Source: Camelus dromedarius (Eukaryota). From it: a stretch of DNA of 64,000 nt. The position numbers were made by a program, and so were the translations under genes. The first letter of the stretch is position 1; every line of letters starts with the position of its first letter. This document shows positions 50,285-63,059 of this stretch, in pieces. The stretch lies in NCBI RefSeq assembly GCF_036321535.1, contig NC_087437.1, positions 40,240,001 to 40,304,000 on the forward strand. Reading direction: 5' to 3'. The notes beneath the pieces were generated by a model, which saw nothing but the letters and a program-made list of their open reading frames with translations, searched no databases and was not told the DNA's origin.

Positions 50285-50913
50285 GATGGAAATGGAAATG
50301 CATGCCATTTACCAGCAAAGGAGAATAGAGAAAGTTAATTCCAAGAGACTAGTAGGCCTAGGGATGCCATTCCTCTATGGCCCCAGTACCCCAGCTGGCC
50401 CAGCCACCTACCACGGCAGGGGCGTGCTCCCTGCCGGGGACCTGCATTTTCACAGGAGCACCCTGAGAAACCTTCAGGGAAACCCCATGGTAGTGGCAAC
50501 TAGTCCACGCTTTCTAGAGAGCTGGGGGCAGAAATGTCGTCGTCTCAAGAGAGGTACAGGGAGCCAGAAGGTTCTAGACAGTGATACCGAGAATTCCAAA
50601 AGTCAAGTAGAAGAAAAACCCGTAGGCCAGACTCACACAGTTCCCTATGAAGAGGACGACTATGCAAAAGACCCAGAAACGGACCCTCTCAGCAATCAGA
50701 AGTTGGGTGAAGCCATTGAAAAGCCAGCTACAGCTCTTGCCAACACCTGTGGAGAGCTGGAGCCCGGCCACGGAAAGCCCTGGGGAGCTCATGGCACTCC
50801 CCTGGAAGAAAAGGCCTGGGCTGATGGGAAAGAGAAGCCTTCAGAGCAAGTGTTTGCAGCCTGTGTTGAAAAGAATGGGGTTTCCCCTCCAGCTCCTCGA
50901 CCATCTCTCCCAG
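50285..50913 (+). CDS. SAMD7: SAMD7 coding exon 6 (MEMEMHAIYQQRR...RPSLPG), 629 bp
   Basis: Core of ORF 50151..50942. tttttag| acceptor and CAG|GTAGG donor. Contains DLHFHRSTLRNLQGNPM. Confidence 0.97.
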
Positions 50914-51898
50914 GTAGGTGTCCAGGGGCCAGTAGCCAATAGCCGATCCTTATGAACTGCAGGTCATTGAGTCCATGAAGTTATTACATAGCAAACTGCA
51001 GCCACTTCTTTTTATCCTTCTTTTTCTTAATCCTGTTTAGAATTACCACTTCTTGAAGTCACTTCATTGCATTAGGTCCAATCAGCCTTAACAGTGAAGT
51101 TCACCTCAGTTTATATATTGCTATATAGAGAATTTTTGGCAGAGGCTGGGAAGGTAAATATGAGGAAGGAATTTTTAATTAAAATTTTAATTTTTTAATT
51201 TAATGTAATCTCTAAAATGAAATAGAGGGGCTTCTTGCTTAGAAGTATGAATTCTATCTCCCATTTTAAGTGTGGAAAAATAGACAACCAAACCGAAGCA
51301 CTTTCAGTGCCCATTATTGTTATGATACCTTCTTACCTGAAAGTATTAGCATACTGTCCCTCCAAAAACATGCTGAATAGTTTTTCAGAACTGCTTTAGA
51401 TAAAAATATTTTAAAACACAGGGATTTGGGGGTATATGTTATCTAACCACCATGCCAGCTGCTTCTCTGACAAAGTATAAATTTGCCATTTTGACGAAGA
51501 TGTAGCTAAATTCTTGTGTGGCCTAGAGAACATAGTAAATCATATATCACCATAGAATATGGTAGTATTAATCTGGGGAATGAAAGCCACCAGGTATTTA
51601 TACTGGAATCTGAGAAAAGCTGGAGGAGTTCTGGACCCTTGGCTTTTATTTACAATAATGCTGTCATTAAAGGTCCTTTCAAGGAATAAAAGAAAGGAGG
51701 CAGCTAAGCGTTTTTAGCAATCATCTCTCAGTAACTCAGTATCTTTCAAGGGGGTTACTTACAGATCTGCGTAAAGGGACGGCTCTGTGGCAATGGGATA
51801 TGGGGAAGTAATGTAAGTACACATAAAACTGTGCTCACAGAGTTCCCCTTTCCCCTGGAAATTTTATACCACAAAATAGTCTCCTTTCCATTTTGAAG

Positions 51899-52020
51899 GA
51901 ACACATGTGCTGCTTACAATCAAGGAAGATCTATCTTTGGATGAAGATATTCAGAAATGGACCGTGAATGATGTATACAACTTCATCAGTGGCCTTCCAG
52001 GTTGCTCAGACTATGCTCAG
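51899..52020 (+). CDS. SAMD7: SAMD7 coding exon 7, start of SAM domain (DIQKWTVNDVYNFISGLPGCSDYAQ), 122 bp
   Basis: ttttgaag| acceptor and CAG|GTGACT donor. W-T-V-x-D-V SAM helix 1 signature. Confidence 0.97.
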
Positions 52021-52976
52021 GTGACTTTAAGTATTTTCTTAAAGTTAGGCATTTTGAAATATATGTTCTTCATAATGAGTTCTGTCAAACTTGATTTTGA
52101 CCCCAGAGAGGGTTCCTAATAATCTTTTCCTTTTTATGTCATTGGCTCCCCTGAAACGGGAGCCTCTGATTGGTCGTGTGCCCACACCCCAGCTGCAGGG
52201 GAGGCGGGGAAAGCCAAGGTCTGCCTGTAGTTCCCGCCCCATCAAGACTCCCGAGATATGGGAATTCTCACAAAATTAGGTTCAGAGGCCAAACATCCAA
52301 GAAGAATGAGAGAGGTCTGCTGTATTCTCTACTTGTCCATTTAACAAACGTTTTAGGGGCATGCGTTTCTGTGTCAGAAGTTTTTGGGCTACTCATCATA
52401 CATAACAGAAATACATACTTTTTTCTAAAAAGGACAAGGAAAATACATCTGAAAAGTAGGAAATTAACTCTTTTTAAATTCCATTTTTATGCTGGGGCAG
52501 TATATAAAAATGCCTACACACATAATTCAATCTGGTAAAGAAACACTATTTCTAAAATTATAATGAAATGTTAAGATAGTTGGAAAGTAAAACTAGTCTC
52601 ACTTATATGGGAAAATTAGAGATAAAAATGGTGGGTTGGCAAGTTTTTGAAGCTTATGACAATGCTACATTTTCATGCAAATAGTTTACTTTTTCAAGTG
52701 ATTTAATAATACAATTCTAAGCAACAATGTGACTACTAAATTTGGTATCATTATCTTTGGTTTACAGATTAAAGGAAAAGCAAGAAAAGGACATTATGAT
52801 TGAACTACATCATAATTTGCTAATGTTAGAGATAATCTTTTTAATCTCATTTTGTAATAGCATTTTCCTTCAGTGTAATGCTGTTAATTTTTTTTTAATC
52901 TTTTTTTTTCCCATTCTTTTTATGGAACCAATGGAAAAGTCATATAGACTAGTAATTTAAAGTATGGCTTATAGGT

Positions 52977-53009
52977 GCCTGGCTAGTTCAGTCGGTAGAG
53001 CATGAGACT
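52977..53009 (+). pseudogene. Tailless retropseudogene: 5' half of tRNA-Lys(CTT)
   Basis: GCCTGGCTAGTTCAGTCGGTAGAGCATGAGACT matches 31/33 nt of the tRNA-Lys-CTT 5' half. Flanked by direct repeats TTAAAGTATGGCTTATA (52957-52973) and TTAAAGTATAGCTTACA (53009-53025). Confidence 0.85.
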
Positions 53010-53025
53010 TAAAGTATAGCTTACA

Positions 53026-53220
53026 AAGCCAGAAAATACAAGTTCAAATCCTGGCTTTTCTACTTTCTAGGCATGTGACCTAGGACAAGTTGCCTCTCTC
53101 CTCAGTGCCTCAGTGTTTTCATCTGTAAAATGGGGATAATAATATAATATATTCTCAAAGAATTGTTGTAAATGTTAATGCCTGGCACCTTGTAAGTACT
53201 CAATAAATGTTATTTTCATC
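53026..53220 (+). mobile_element. MIR SINE (host of the tRNA half)
   Basis: GTTCAAATCCTGGC...TGTGACCTAGGACAAGTT...CCTCAGTGTTTTCATCTGTAAAATGGGGATAATAAT. Confidence 0.8.
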
Positions 53221-55169
53221 ATTATATCAGAGGCTTCTAGAGAAAGCAGAACCTTAAGTTACTTATGAGGCTAGTTGTATTGTTTAAGTCACTTATTTTA
53301 TGTTTTTGTATACCTGATAAAAAATTTTTTCCTATTTTTTCGTATTCAATGAGTATAATCTTATTTTTTTTATTAGACATTAACCCTGAGAAAGTCACTT
53401 TTTAAATTTATCTATGCCACTTATCATGTACCACATCAGCCACTGGTACAGTGAAGTTACCAAACTCTGATAGCTAGAAACAAGCATCCCTATCCGTAAC
53501 GAACATTTGATTGCTGACTTCTGATGGACTGAATTTGTTTGAACTCACTATCCTTAGTCAGTGACCCACAGTCAGAAAAATGCAATTTATAATAACCACT
53601 CGTGTAATAAATAACGTTACATGCATTTTATACTTTATAATCCCAAACATCCCCTTGTAGGTACATAGAAACCCCATAAACATGAATACTCCAAACTTTG
53701 CTGACTCATTATCTCTCACCACCAGGATGTCATTACTTCCTTCCCACCCCAAGAAGTGGTACAGTTATTTCTAGGCGTTTCTCAAATGTGTTTGGGATCA
53801 AGTCCTGCCCTTGTTTACACACTAACGTCTGTTCCCTCCCAGTGACTGCTGGTGACATCAACAGTAAGAATGCCACTGGTCTGCTGGGCATGACTTGGCT
53901 GTGCTCAGTGACGGTGTTCTGTACAGAAATGGGAAGGACCTCCTCAGATGCAGCCAGGAGCTGTCTGGGTGCAACAGGCTCTGAAGCAGCACTGCTTGTG
54001 CACAACTCTCACAGGAACCCTTGTCCACAACATGCCATCTGCTTTTATTCTCAGCCCCTGGGATCACTCAGGGCCACACCCACTGGCCCCTCTCTGTCTT
54101 CACCTCTGCCTTAGGTGCAACAACCTCCAACCACCTGCTTTCTGCAGGTAGAAAAAGTAACCACAGGAAAAAATAACCGCAACTAAAACCCAAAGCCCCT
54201 TGCAAATGAAATCTTTTAAATAGATGGGAAGAGAGGGTAGGTAGTTCAGCTGTTTAGGGACATTCAGGATACCTGGTAACACATTTTGTTTGTTCAAAAT
54301 CCTGTCTAGTTCAAATAAGTCAGCAGATAAAATATTCTCTCTAAAAATAACTGAAATTACTAAAATATTTGCACAATTATATCATGCACTTGGCCCAGAC
54401 TGCTTTCATGAGCATGCAGTTGGGGACATCATCTGAGAGACAGAGGCATGTTCTGCATCTTTGCCTCAGGCCCAGGGTTCATCCACCGTGTTTGAAAGTT
54501 AAGCCCTCATGCATTTCAGCCCTGGCTGCCAACCTACCTGTGCTTCTTGGACAGCTCACTTCACCTTTTCTACATTGGTTCTCTCCTTTATAAAAGATCA
54601 TAATAGTGCCTACTATTAATTGAGAACAGACTATATACCAGGCATTATACTAGGCACATCATTTAGATTATCTTTCAGATTTAATCTATGTCATACTTCT
54701 GCAAAGAAGCTATTAACTCCATTTTGCAGCTGAGTAAAACTGAGCTTCAAGGTGTCTAGAAGGGTACTTCAAAAATGTGTATGTGACTACGAGTCTAGCT
54801 CTTACCTTTATAATTACTCTACATTGAAGGTATTTGGCCATATGATTTTCAGTCAGGAGTACCTGGGCCCCATGGAGTTCTCAAAGGTGGTAAGAGGAAT
54901 GCTTAAGTTGTTCACACTATTTCAAAATAACCTAAGAAATATCATCCATTTCCCCAAATTAAAGCTACACAGACTAACCCAAACTGTCAACTTCTTTGCT
55001 TTGGCCCAAATTGTTACTCATTTTAGCCATTCTACAATTTGTTTAGTTAAAATTTGAAAAGAAATAATAACTTAATAAATATAGTTTGTAAGTAACTAAA
55101 CTCTGTTAGAACACAAATCCTGGTACAGAAGTTCCCCAAGAAGAGTCTAATTTTCTGCTTGTCCCAATA

Positions 55170-56770
55170 CAACACACCCAATACTACATGTTCCAAGGCA
55201 CGGAACATGCTGTAGAAACAGAACAAATATGGTTCCTCTCATGGAGCTTATGGTCCAGAAGAGGGACACCAGTAAGGGATTCCACTTACGTGTGACCAGG
55301 CTATAAGAGGGCAGGTACAGGGCATGGTAGGAACACACAGGAGGGCCTCATGGCTTCCTGGAGGAAGAGGCATCAAACATGAGTCCTGACAGTGAGCAGT
55401 TTACCAGCTGAGTGGGGGAACTTAGGTGGGAGGAAGGCAAAGGAGGAATTTCCAGGCAAGAACCAGAAGCCAAATAGAACTTAACATGGATGGGATTTGA
55501 GAGCAGTTCTTAGCAGCCAGAGGGCCAGGGCTAAGGTGGGAGAGGTGAGGATGGCAAGAAAGGGGACTAAAGAATGAGAAGTGTCCAGATCACAAAGAGC
55601 CTTAAAGACCCAGTGAAGGATTGTGACTTTATCCCGGAGACAGTCTAGGTTTTAAGTAGGAGTGGCATGCTTAACTTTTCATTTCAGACAGGTTGCTCAA
55701 GTTGCTTTTATGAAAATAGGTTAAGGGAGGCAAGACTGGGGAAGCCTCCTCAGATGAGCAAGTATGGAGTTTGATCCAGGGTAGGAGCAGTGGGGTGGAC
55801 AGATAAGAATGCTATCTAAGAAGCAGAATTGGCACGATTCAGCTTCTAAGTTTAAAATGTACATTCGGGAGCCTTCAGTATAGAAAGACACTCACTACTC
55901 ACTAAAACCAGGACAGAGACTGAGATGAATCAGTAAGGCCAGAGAGGACCTGGGTCAGAAGCCTAAGGGACTCTAACACGTAAAGATGGACAAAGAAACA
56001 GGAGCCACAGAGGTGACTCTGAAGGAGACAGCAGAGGGTACCCCGGAGGGAGAAGGGAGAAGTCTCATGAAGGCAAGGGAAGAGCATTTTTCTTGAAGGA
56101 GTAGTCAACAATGTCAGATGCAGCCCAGAGCATAAGAAATATGAGGACTCAAAAATATCCATGTGTTTAGTAGCAACAGTCACCAGGGGCCTAGAGGAGA
56201 GCAGGTGTAATGGACTGATGAGAGTGGAAGTCAGACTCCTTGAGACTGAGCAAAGTAAGAACGTGGAAGCAGGGAGCATGAGAACTCCTGGGAAACTGGG
56301 CTGTAAAGGAAATGAGAGACCTGGGAGAGTATTGAGAGGTGGAATGAGGAAGCGTTGGTGTATTTTCATTATTTTTGCTTGTTTAATGGTGGCAGAGACT
56401 TGCTTAAATGGCAATGGGAAAGAGCCAGCCAAAGAGGAGGGACTGAAGATGAGAGAGAGGATAATCTATTGAGTGAAGCCTGCAGGTGGGAAGGGTGAAG
56501 ACACACGGCCCAGGTGGAGAGATTGTCTTTAAACAGTGTGGGACCATGCTTCCACTGTATTAGGACAGAGCTTTTGGGTTTGTTGGGCAGAATTAGAGCA
56601 AGTTCTTATCTACGGATTTTTTTGAATTAAGAAGTTCTATGATTTGCTGAAAATGAGGGAGAATTCTGTAGGGTCTAAAGTTTGAGGAGTGTAAAGAAAG
56701 CTTGAAATAGAAAAGAAAGCTCATCGGTATATACAGGATTGCCAGGCAGGTTGAAATTGGAGATCATGAC
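55170..56770 (-). mobile_element. L2 (long degraded fragment)
   Basis: Purine-rich L2 antisense text (CCTCTCATGGAGCTTATGGTCCAG...GGCTTCCTGGAGGAAG...). Explains ORF 55902..56432. Confidence 0.65.
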
Positions 56771-57394
56771 CTTATGATACTGCTAATTGTCCCAGTTTTT
56801 TCTATCCATCTCCTCATCTGCCTGGAACCTTTGTCCCCCAGCAGCCTCCCTAGTATCTGGAAGAATGGAAGGCATGGTGGCATCCACTGCAAAGTCAGAA
56901 CAAACAGGCCCCATGGAAGGTCCAGCATGACAGCTCTCACCTGCGTCTTCCTCTCCTCCCTTTGGCACTCACCTAAGGCAGTGAACAGAGGCACTGCATC
57001 TGTAAATGTGAGAGTCTGAAATTCGTCTGCAGTGGTTTTTACGCACATCCCTTTACTCAGACTCTTGTCCATTCATTGACTGGTCCAGGAGCATATCTTC
57101 TATTATGTGCCAGACACAGCGTTACTGGTACATTGGTGAGTAAGACATGGGCCTGTCCTCAAACGATGATGATGACTCCAGGTTGGAAATGAGTTCTAGA
57201 TACAGAGAATTACAGTGTACTCCAAGGGTTATTAAAGAGCACAAGCAACATGCCACTGGAGCACAGAAGGGAGGGTAACTGAACATAAGATATTTTATGA
57301 ATTTCTGTTATCCTCAAGAGCAATCTTAATGTTTCCTCCAAAGCTAAAATATCTATACATTTAAACAAAGTTGACATCTTTTGTGTTTAATAAG

Positions 57395-57505
57395 GTATTT
57401 AAAGATCATGCAATTGATGGAGAAACTTTGCCATTACTCACAGAGGAGCATCTTCGAAGCACTATGGGATTAAAGTTAGGGCCAGCACTAAAGATCCAAT
57501 CACAG
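57395..57505 (+). CDS. SAMD7: SAMD7 coding exon 8, SAM domain core (VFKDHAIDGETLPLLTEEHLRSTMGLKLGPALKIQSQ), 111 bp
   Basis: taataag| acceptor and CAG|GTAAGG donor. Polyhomeotic-type SAM signature IDG.TL.LL....L...MGLKLGPALKI. Confidence 0.97.
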
Positions 57506-57729
57506 GTAAGGTGATTTTTTTTCTGTAACTAAATATATATTAATGGTATGAAGCTTAAGAGAAATATGTTACTTTTATCTTGTTGTAATAGTAACAATAC
57601 TTATTGAACCTCTTTATTAAGCTTTTCCCCTCTGTGGGCGGGCACAAGAGAGAAGTGAGGGCACCTGAAGACATTGAACAGGGCACTGGTGCACCTTCCT
57701 GTGGAAAGTGGGGAAGGCACAAAGCAGAG

Positions 57730-58142
57730 GTGTTGTGTGCTGGTCAATGTTTAACAACCTGCTCTCTTTAAAAACAAAAATGAACCCTGATTTCCTAGCA
57801 TTTGTCAATTTCTGTAGTGTAAATACTCCCACCATGGCTGACAAACTCCAAATGCAATGTCCTTGAATACAGATTTGGGGGGACATGCTCTGCAGCACAG
57901 CATTTTAGAGTATTTCATTAGAGATCGTAATTAATCATTGCAGTTGAGTAATTAGGTAAAAACAATTAAGAAGTGATAAGTTTGGGGCATTTATTACTTT
58001 AGTTTTCAATATAATGTATCTAATTGTAATTTTATAAAATTTAAATTTTAATAATAGCATTTTTAACAACTAGCTTGCAAATTTCCTAAAAACGTAACCA
58101 TTGGCTCTCAAGAGCCGGAACGACCCAGCTCCAGCGCACACT
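57730..58142. mobile_element. MER63-like element (opposite orientation to the copy at 30581)
   Basis: GTGTGCTGGTCAATGTTTAACAACC...GGCTCTCAAGAGCCGGAACGACCCAGCTCCAGCGCACAC. Confidence 0.7.
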
Positions 58143-58144
58143 TC

Positions 58145-58830
58145 TCATCTCCTCCTCCACTGCTTCGTTCTGGCCTAAGGCACCTTCATCCCTCATCGGA
58201 TTACTGCATTAGCCTTCTAACTCTTCTCCCTGCTCTGCCCTTGCCCACCCAGAGCCTATTTACACAACAGTAAAGAATGATCCTTCTAATACTTAAGAAG
58301 GATCAAGTCACTCTTCTGCTACATTCTGCTTGCATTATTTGTGCTCCTCCCCACCCACCACCACCCTTGCCTTCCTGACCTCATCTTCTGCGTCTCTTCC
58401 CCGTTTTTGCCCATTCACCTCTGGACACCGCTTAAACATCTAGGCCTGCTCTACCTCAGCGTCATCCCCTCTGCCTGCGATGCTCTTCCCCCGACATCCT
58501 CATGCTTTGCTCCCGCATCTCCTTCCCCTTTGCTGTGCTTTACCATCTCAGTGAGGTTTGCCTGGTTCACCCTGCTTAAAACTGCACCCAGCGCAGCCCC
58601 CACACATACTGCTGCTACCCCTTTGCTGCTCTTCTTTTTCCCTGTAGCACCTATCACCTTCAGCTACAATCTGATTTACTCACTTGGTATATTTATATTT
58701 ATTGTTGATTTCCCTCTGCCCTCACTAGAATGGAAGCTCCATGAGGGCAGAGATCTTTATCTGTTTTGTTGACTGATGTAACCTTAGAAAATGCAAGACC
58801 CATAACAGATCAATAATTATTTGTTGAAGA
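58145..58830 (+). mobile_element. L2 3' fragment
   Basis: Pyrimidine-rich L2 text ending CTAGAATGGAAGCTCCATGAGGGCAG...CAATAATTATTTGTTGAA. Confidence 0.7.
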
Positions 58831-60462
58831 AATGAGTTTCCTAAAAGTGAAACCAGGAAGCATCAACTAATCCTTCCCAGAATTCATAAGGACTCTACCT
58901 GTTCTATACAAGTTTAGACCAGGAGCTAGATTCCAGAATGTCCTTCAAAAACCACTTTCATTTGTGTAAATTTTTAGGATAAAGAAATTCTTTATTTCTA
59001 ATGCAAATATTTCATTGTGTTTTCTTTTTTTCAACTTACTATTCTGGAATAACTTTAAATACAGAAAAGTTGCAAAGGTAGTACAGAGACCCAGCTTTTC
59101 CTAATGTTAACATCTTACATAACATGGCACATTTGTCAAAACTAAGAAATTAACATTGGAACAATATGATATTCACCTTAAAATGATTTATTTTTCTTTA
59201 ATGAGGATACTACATCTCTTGGCATGCTTACTTTAACACTGCACGGTTTTTTCTCAAATCAGATTTTCTTTGACTTTAATTTATCACGTTGCTTTCACTT
59301 TTTGTTTTTTTGTTTATTTGTTTTTTGGTTTTTTGTCCTTACAATGTGGGCAACCCCAGGTCATTCTTAATCTTCTCACTTGCTGTTAGCATTGCCCCTC
59401 TATATCATTTTCATGAGGCTGTAGTCATTTCTTACGCTCCTATCTGACATGTATACGTGCCTCCATGAAGCCCAGCTGAGCTGTTATATCTCAGGCCCCA
59501 TCTGCCCGCATAACAGGACAAGGCTGCCACAGAAACTCGGGGGGAAGGGGGAGAATTCCAGCTGATGCCGGCTGTTCAGCCTAACAGAACAGTTGTAGAG
59601 TCCTTGGGAATGGGGATTTCCAGGGGCCCAGTTGAAGCAGGAGAACTGGAAAGTTCTGAGTAACATCTGAAAATCCCAGAAGGTGAGCAGGCAGAAGTTC
59701 ATCATGGATAAGATCGCAAAGTCTCAGTCTCCAAAATGAGAACCAGGGGCAAAATTCCGTTATAGTGAGAACTGCTGAGAAGAAGGAAAGCCACCCTCCA
59801 GAACAGAAACTTAGAAGTGGACCTGGGCTGAGCAGACAAGGAAAGAGGTAGGAGAAGAAAAAGTTACTAGAATGTGAGAACTCAGATACTATTAGAATGC
59901 AGGGAGCTAGGGGGGGTTGAGCTGTGACGGTGTGAGCAATATAGAAGCCTCCTGGGTCACACTCAGGGTCAGGTTTGTGTGGGAGCCCAGGCAGCACTGA
60001 GGCGCCAAGCCCCAGAGCCTTGTTTATGTCTCAGCGCTAAGCCTGCTGAAGGCCAGCTGTGTGCTGAATCTAAAGAATTCCAGCCTCAGCCAGAGAAGGA
60101 CAGGCTGAGTGTTGGTCAAGGTGCAGCAGGGTACCTGTGGGACCTCTTGTGGGACCATTGGAAAAGGGAGCACTGGAGTCAACTCAGAGTGAAACAATTA
60201 TGTGTGCAGATGACCCACAGCAGAACCAAGAACAGGGATTAGTGAGTTCTGCCACCTTGGTGTCCAGTTTTACAGCATGAGCACTATGATTCTGAGAGAA
60301 AGAAAAAGCCCACCACGTCCTAGAATTGTGTCCCCTCCACCTGTGCAGATGCTCCTTACCTGAAGTGACCTCAGCCTCCCCGAAATCTGTGGCTAAGCAG
60401 AGTATGCTGGGTTATTGGAAGAATTCATAGATGTTATTACTGTAATTATTTTGTCTTCAAAG

Positions 60463-60657
60463 GTATCTCAGCATATGGAAAGTATGTTCTATAAGAAAAG
60501 CCTTTCACTTCCTACCCACACAAAACAGGCATTCAATCAACCAGCAGATATATCCCCACTTCTGGATCTTAATTCCTGGAATGATACATTGGACATTCCT
60601 TGTTCCCAGGATATGATTATTCCTAAAGGAACTGAGCAAGATAGTATGAGAAATTAA
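60463..60657 (+). CDS. SAMD7: SAMD7 last coding exon 9 (VSQHMESMFYKK...QDSMRN*)
   Basis: ttcaaag| acceptor and TAA at 60655-60657. Summed CDS from 45037 is 1362 nt = 453 aa + stop, with no internal stops. Confidence 0.96.
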   Translation, partial: VSQHMESMFYKKSLSLPTHTKQAFNQPADISPLLDLNSWNDTLDIPCSQDMIIPKGTEQDSMRN

Positions 60658-61555
60658 AACCCCCGAGGAGCAAGAACAGTCTTAATCAGTTTTCCAAAAA
60701 GTCTAGGATATTCTGAAGGGTGTGTGAGGGTTTCCTAAGACCAGAGGGAGGCTGAGAGGGAGAGAAAGCCTGCCCTCCTGAGCTGTCCTAGAGGCAGCTT
60801 TGCCCAGGTTTCCTGAAGTGACCTCAGTGCAAAGTGGCTGGAGACGTATCCTTGGAAGCAAATGCTAAATGAAGAGGAGCATTTGCAAACATCAAGAAAG
60901 CTACAGTTGGATGTTTCCATGAGGAAATCTGTGCAGAAGCCAAGACTGGAAAAAAAGAGCTCCTTGCTTCTCCTCACTCCGTTCCCATCTCTCAACCAAG
61001 GGAGAGACAAAGGCAACCCAGCGGAGCCGGAAGGAGGCAGAGGAGAAGGTGGAGAAGGACAAAACAGAGAAGCAGAGGAGATGGCCCCAAGGCCCCCACT
61101 TTTCTCATTGCAGGCTTCCAGCCTGAAGGAGGCCCATGCTAGGAGGGGACAGAAGCTTTAAAAACCTTAAAGTTCACAGTTTGATTGTTACTCAGCATTC
61201 TCCTGATACGAAACCATGTTGTGACTAAAAACAACTGGAGGACTTCTTATCTGAGAGGAAGGTGAAAAGGCACAGTAACCTTCCTCTCCCTGGGGCAGGG
61301 GCAGAGTATCTCCACAGTCAGGTTTGAACTGGCAGGATGGAGGGGAGACGGTGACTGCTTTCTGCTCGTACCCTGTTTGAACTTCACATTTAACAGAACG
61401 CCTCAGAAAGGATCCACAGGAAACTGATAAGAGTTTGCTCAAGGAGGGGACTGGGCGACAGGGGTGTGAGGGAGACTTCTTCCTATATACCCTCTGGTAC
61501 ATTTTTAACTTTTAACTATGAGAATGTATTTTCTATTTTTAAAATTTACATTTAT

Positions 61556-61561
61556 AATAAA
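61556..61561 (+). terminator. Candidate SAMD7 polyadenylation signal AATAAA
   Basis: First canonical AATAAA I found after the stop codon (~900 nt downstream). Cleavage site unverified. Confidence 0.4.
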
Positions 61562-61562
61562 C

Positions 61563-62065
61563 TGTAGTAAGCAGCCTCTAAGATGGCCACCAGTGACGCC
61601 CCTGCTTCCTGGTATTCATATCCTGTGAAATCTCCCCTTCGGGATGGGCTGGACTGAGGACTCCTTTCTAATGGATGGTATGGAAGACAAGACGGGATGT
61701 CACTTCTGTGGTTTCTGTCTTGAGTGCTCTCTCTGTCTTTGGATTACGCTCTGGAGGAAGCCAGTTTCTATGTCTCCAGGCAGCCCTGTGGAGAGGCCCA
61801 CATAATTGAACTTGGAAATGGATCTACTGAGGCTGCCAAAAGCCACATGAGGGAACTGGAAGGTGGCTCCTCCCCAAGTCAAGCCCGAGATGACCCTCCA
61901 GCTCCTGATCACAGCTTGATGGCAGCCTCCGGGGGCCACCCTGAGTCCGAGGCCCTCAGCCAAGCCTCTCCTGGATTCCTGACCCACAGAAACTGAGATA
62001 ATAAGTATGTACTATTTCTAGCCACTAATGGGATAATTTGTCTCTTAGCAATAGATACCTAAAAC
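61563..62065 (+). mobile_element. MLT1F-like MaLR LTR
   Basis: TGTAGTAAGCAGCCTCTAAGATGGCC...CTCTGGAGGAAGCCAG...GATTCCTGACCCACAGAAACTGAGATAATAA...AGCAATAGATACCTAAAACA. Confidence 0.85.
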
Positions 62066-63059
62066 AAAAAATTGCATGGATAAACATATAGCATGCTTCC
62101 CACATTCACTTTTTGATCTGAAAAGTGGACTTTTGAAGTCATTTCCTCACAAGCCATGCTAATTTCATTGATGTTTGCTTTCTTTCATTTTTAATATGAA
62201 AACAACAGAGTTTTTCTGACATAAAATTATACTATCAAATGGTCCCTTTGAGGGGAGAGAAGGAAAGAAAGAGAAAGGGAAAGGAGGGAGGGAGTAGGAG
62301 AGAGAGGCTTGGGGAGAAATGATCCCTTCAGATTTCAAAAGTTTAAGAATTGTTTTGTCACATGACCTTTCACCTGCTATAATTCCCAGCGTATAGACGT
62401 TTCACAAGGTGCCAAATGTGAGTTACAGATGTTATGCTGGGGGATAAAAAGAAAGCCTAATTGATACTTTTAGTGGCAAAGAGATCATGTGGTTCAATCC
62501 ATACAAAGGCTTTTGAATTTCTTATCCCTGCTAAAGGAGTCAATTGAATTGGTAACGGATTCACTTGAACAGATGTGTCTCAGTGTGGCTCTAAAGGGTT
62601 CTGATATGCCATCCCGGCATGTACTATCACAAAAAAAAAAAAAAAAAAAAAAGCACTGTGCTTAACTTTAGAACAATGCATTAATTAAACAAAGCAAAAC
62701 AAAACAAAAATACATAAAGGAGGCACTCCCCAGCCCTCAGAACTCTTCTTTGGAAGAAAAGGATATTGAAATTGCTTATCCATACTAAGATTGTTTTTTC
62801 CCAGATTCACAACTCTAGGGTACCTTTTAAAAAATGACTCCCTTTACTAATAAAAATTATCTTGAAAGGTGAAAATTTTGCTCACATTATCATATAGAAA
62901 TAGTTTTCCACTTTTCTGCAAATGCAACTTTAGTCTTGAGCACACTCTGCATCCTTTGTGAGAGTAAAACGAACAGCAGCAAAAACAAAAAAATTCTTAT
63001 GTTTGAAAACCAATCACAATAAGAATGTATTTGCCAAATAGGGTTTTCTGATTTATGAG

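Noticed and set aside
55902..56432. 176-aa ORF
   Set aside because: Lies in a degraded L2; composition-driven open frame.
59480..60410. Possible LTR or coding segment in SAMD7 intron 8 (ORFs 59581..59997, 59979..60242)
   Set aside because: No recognisable protein or clear LTR termini; probably an old repeat I cannot assign.
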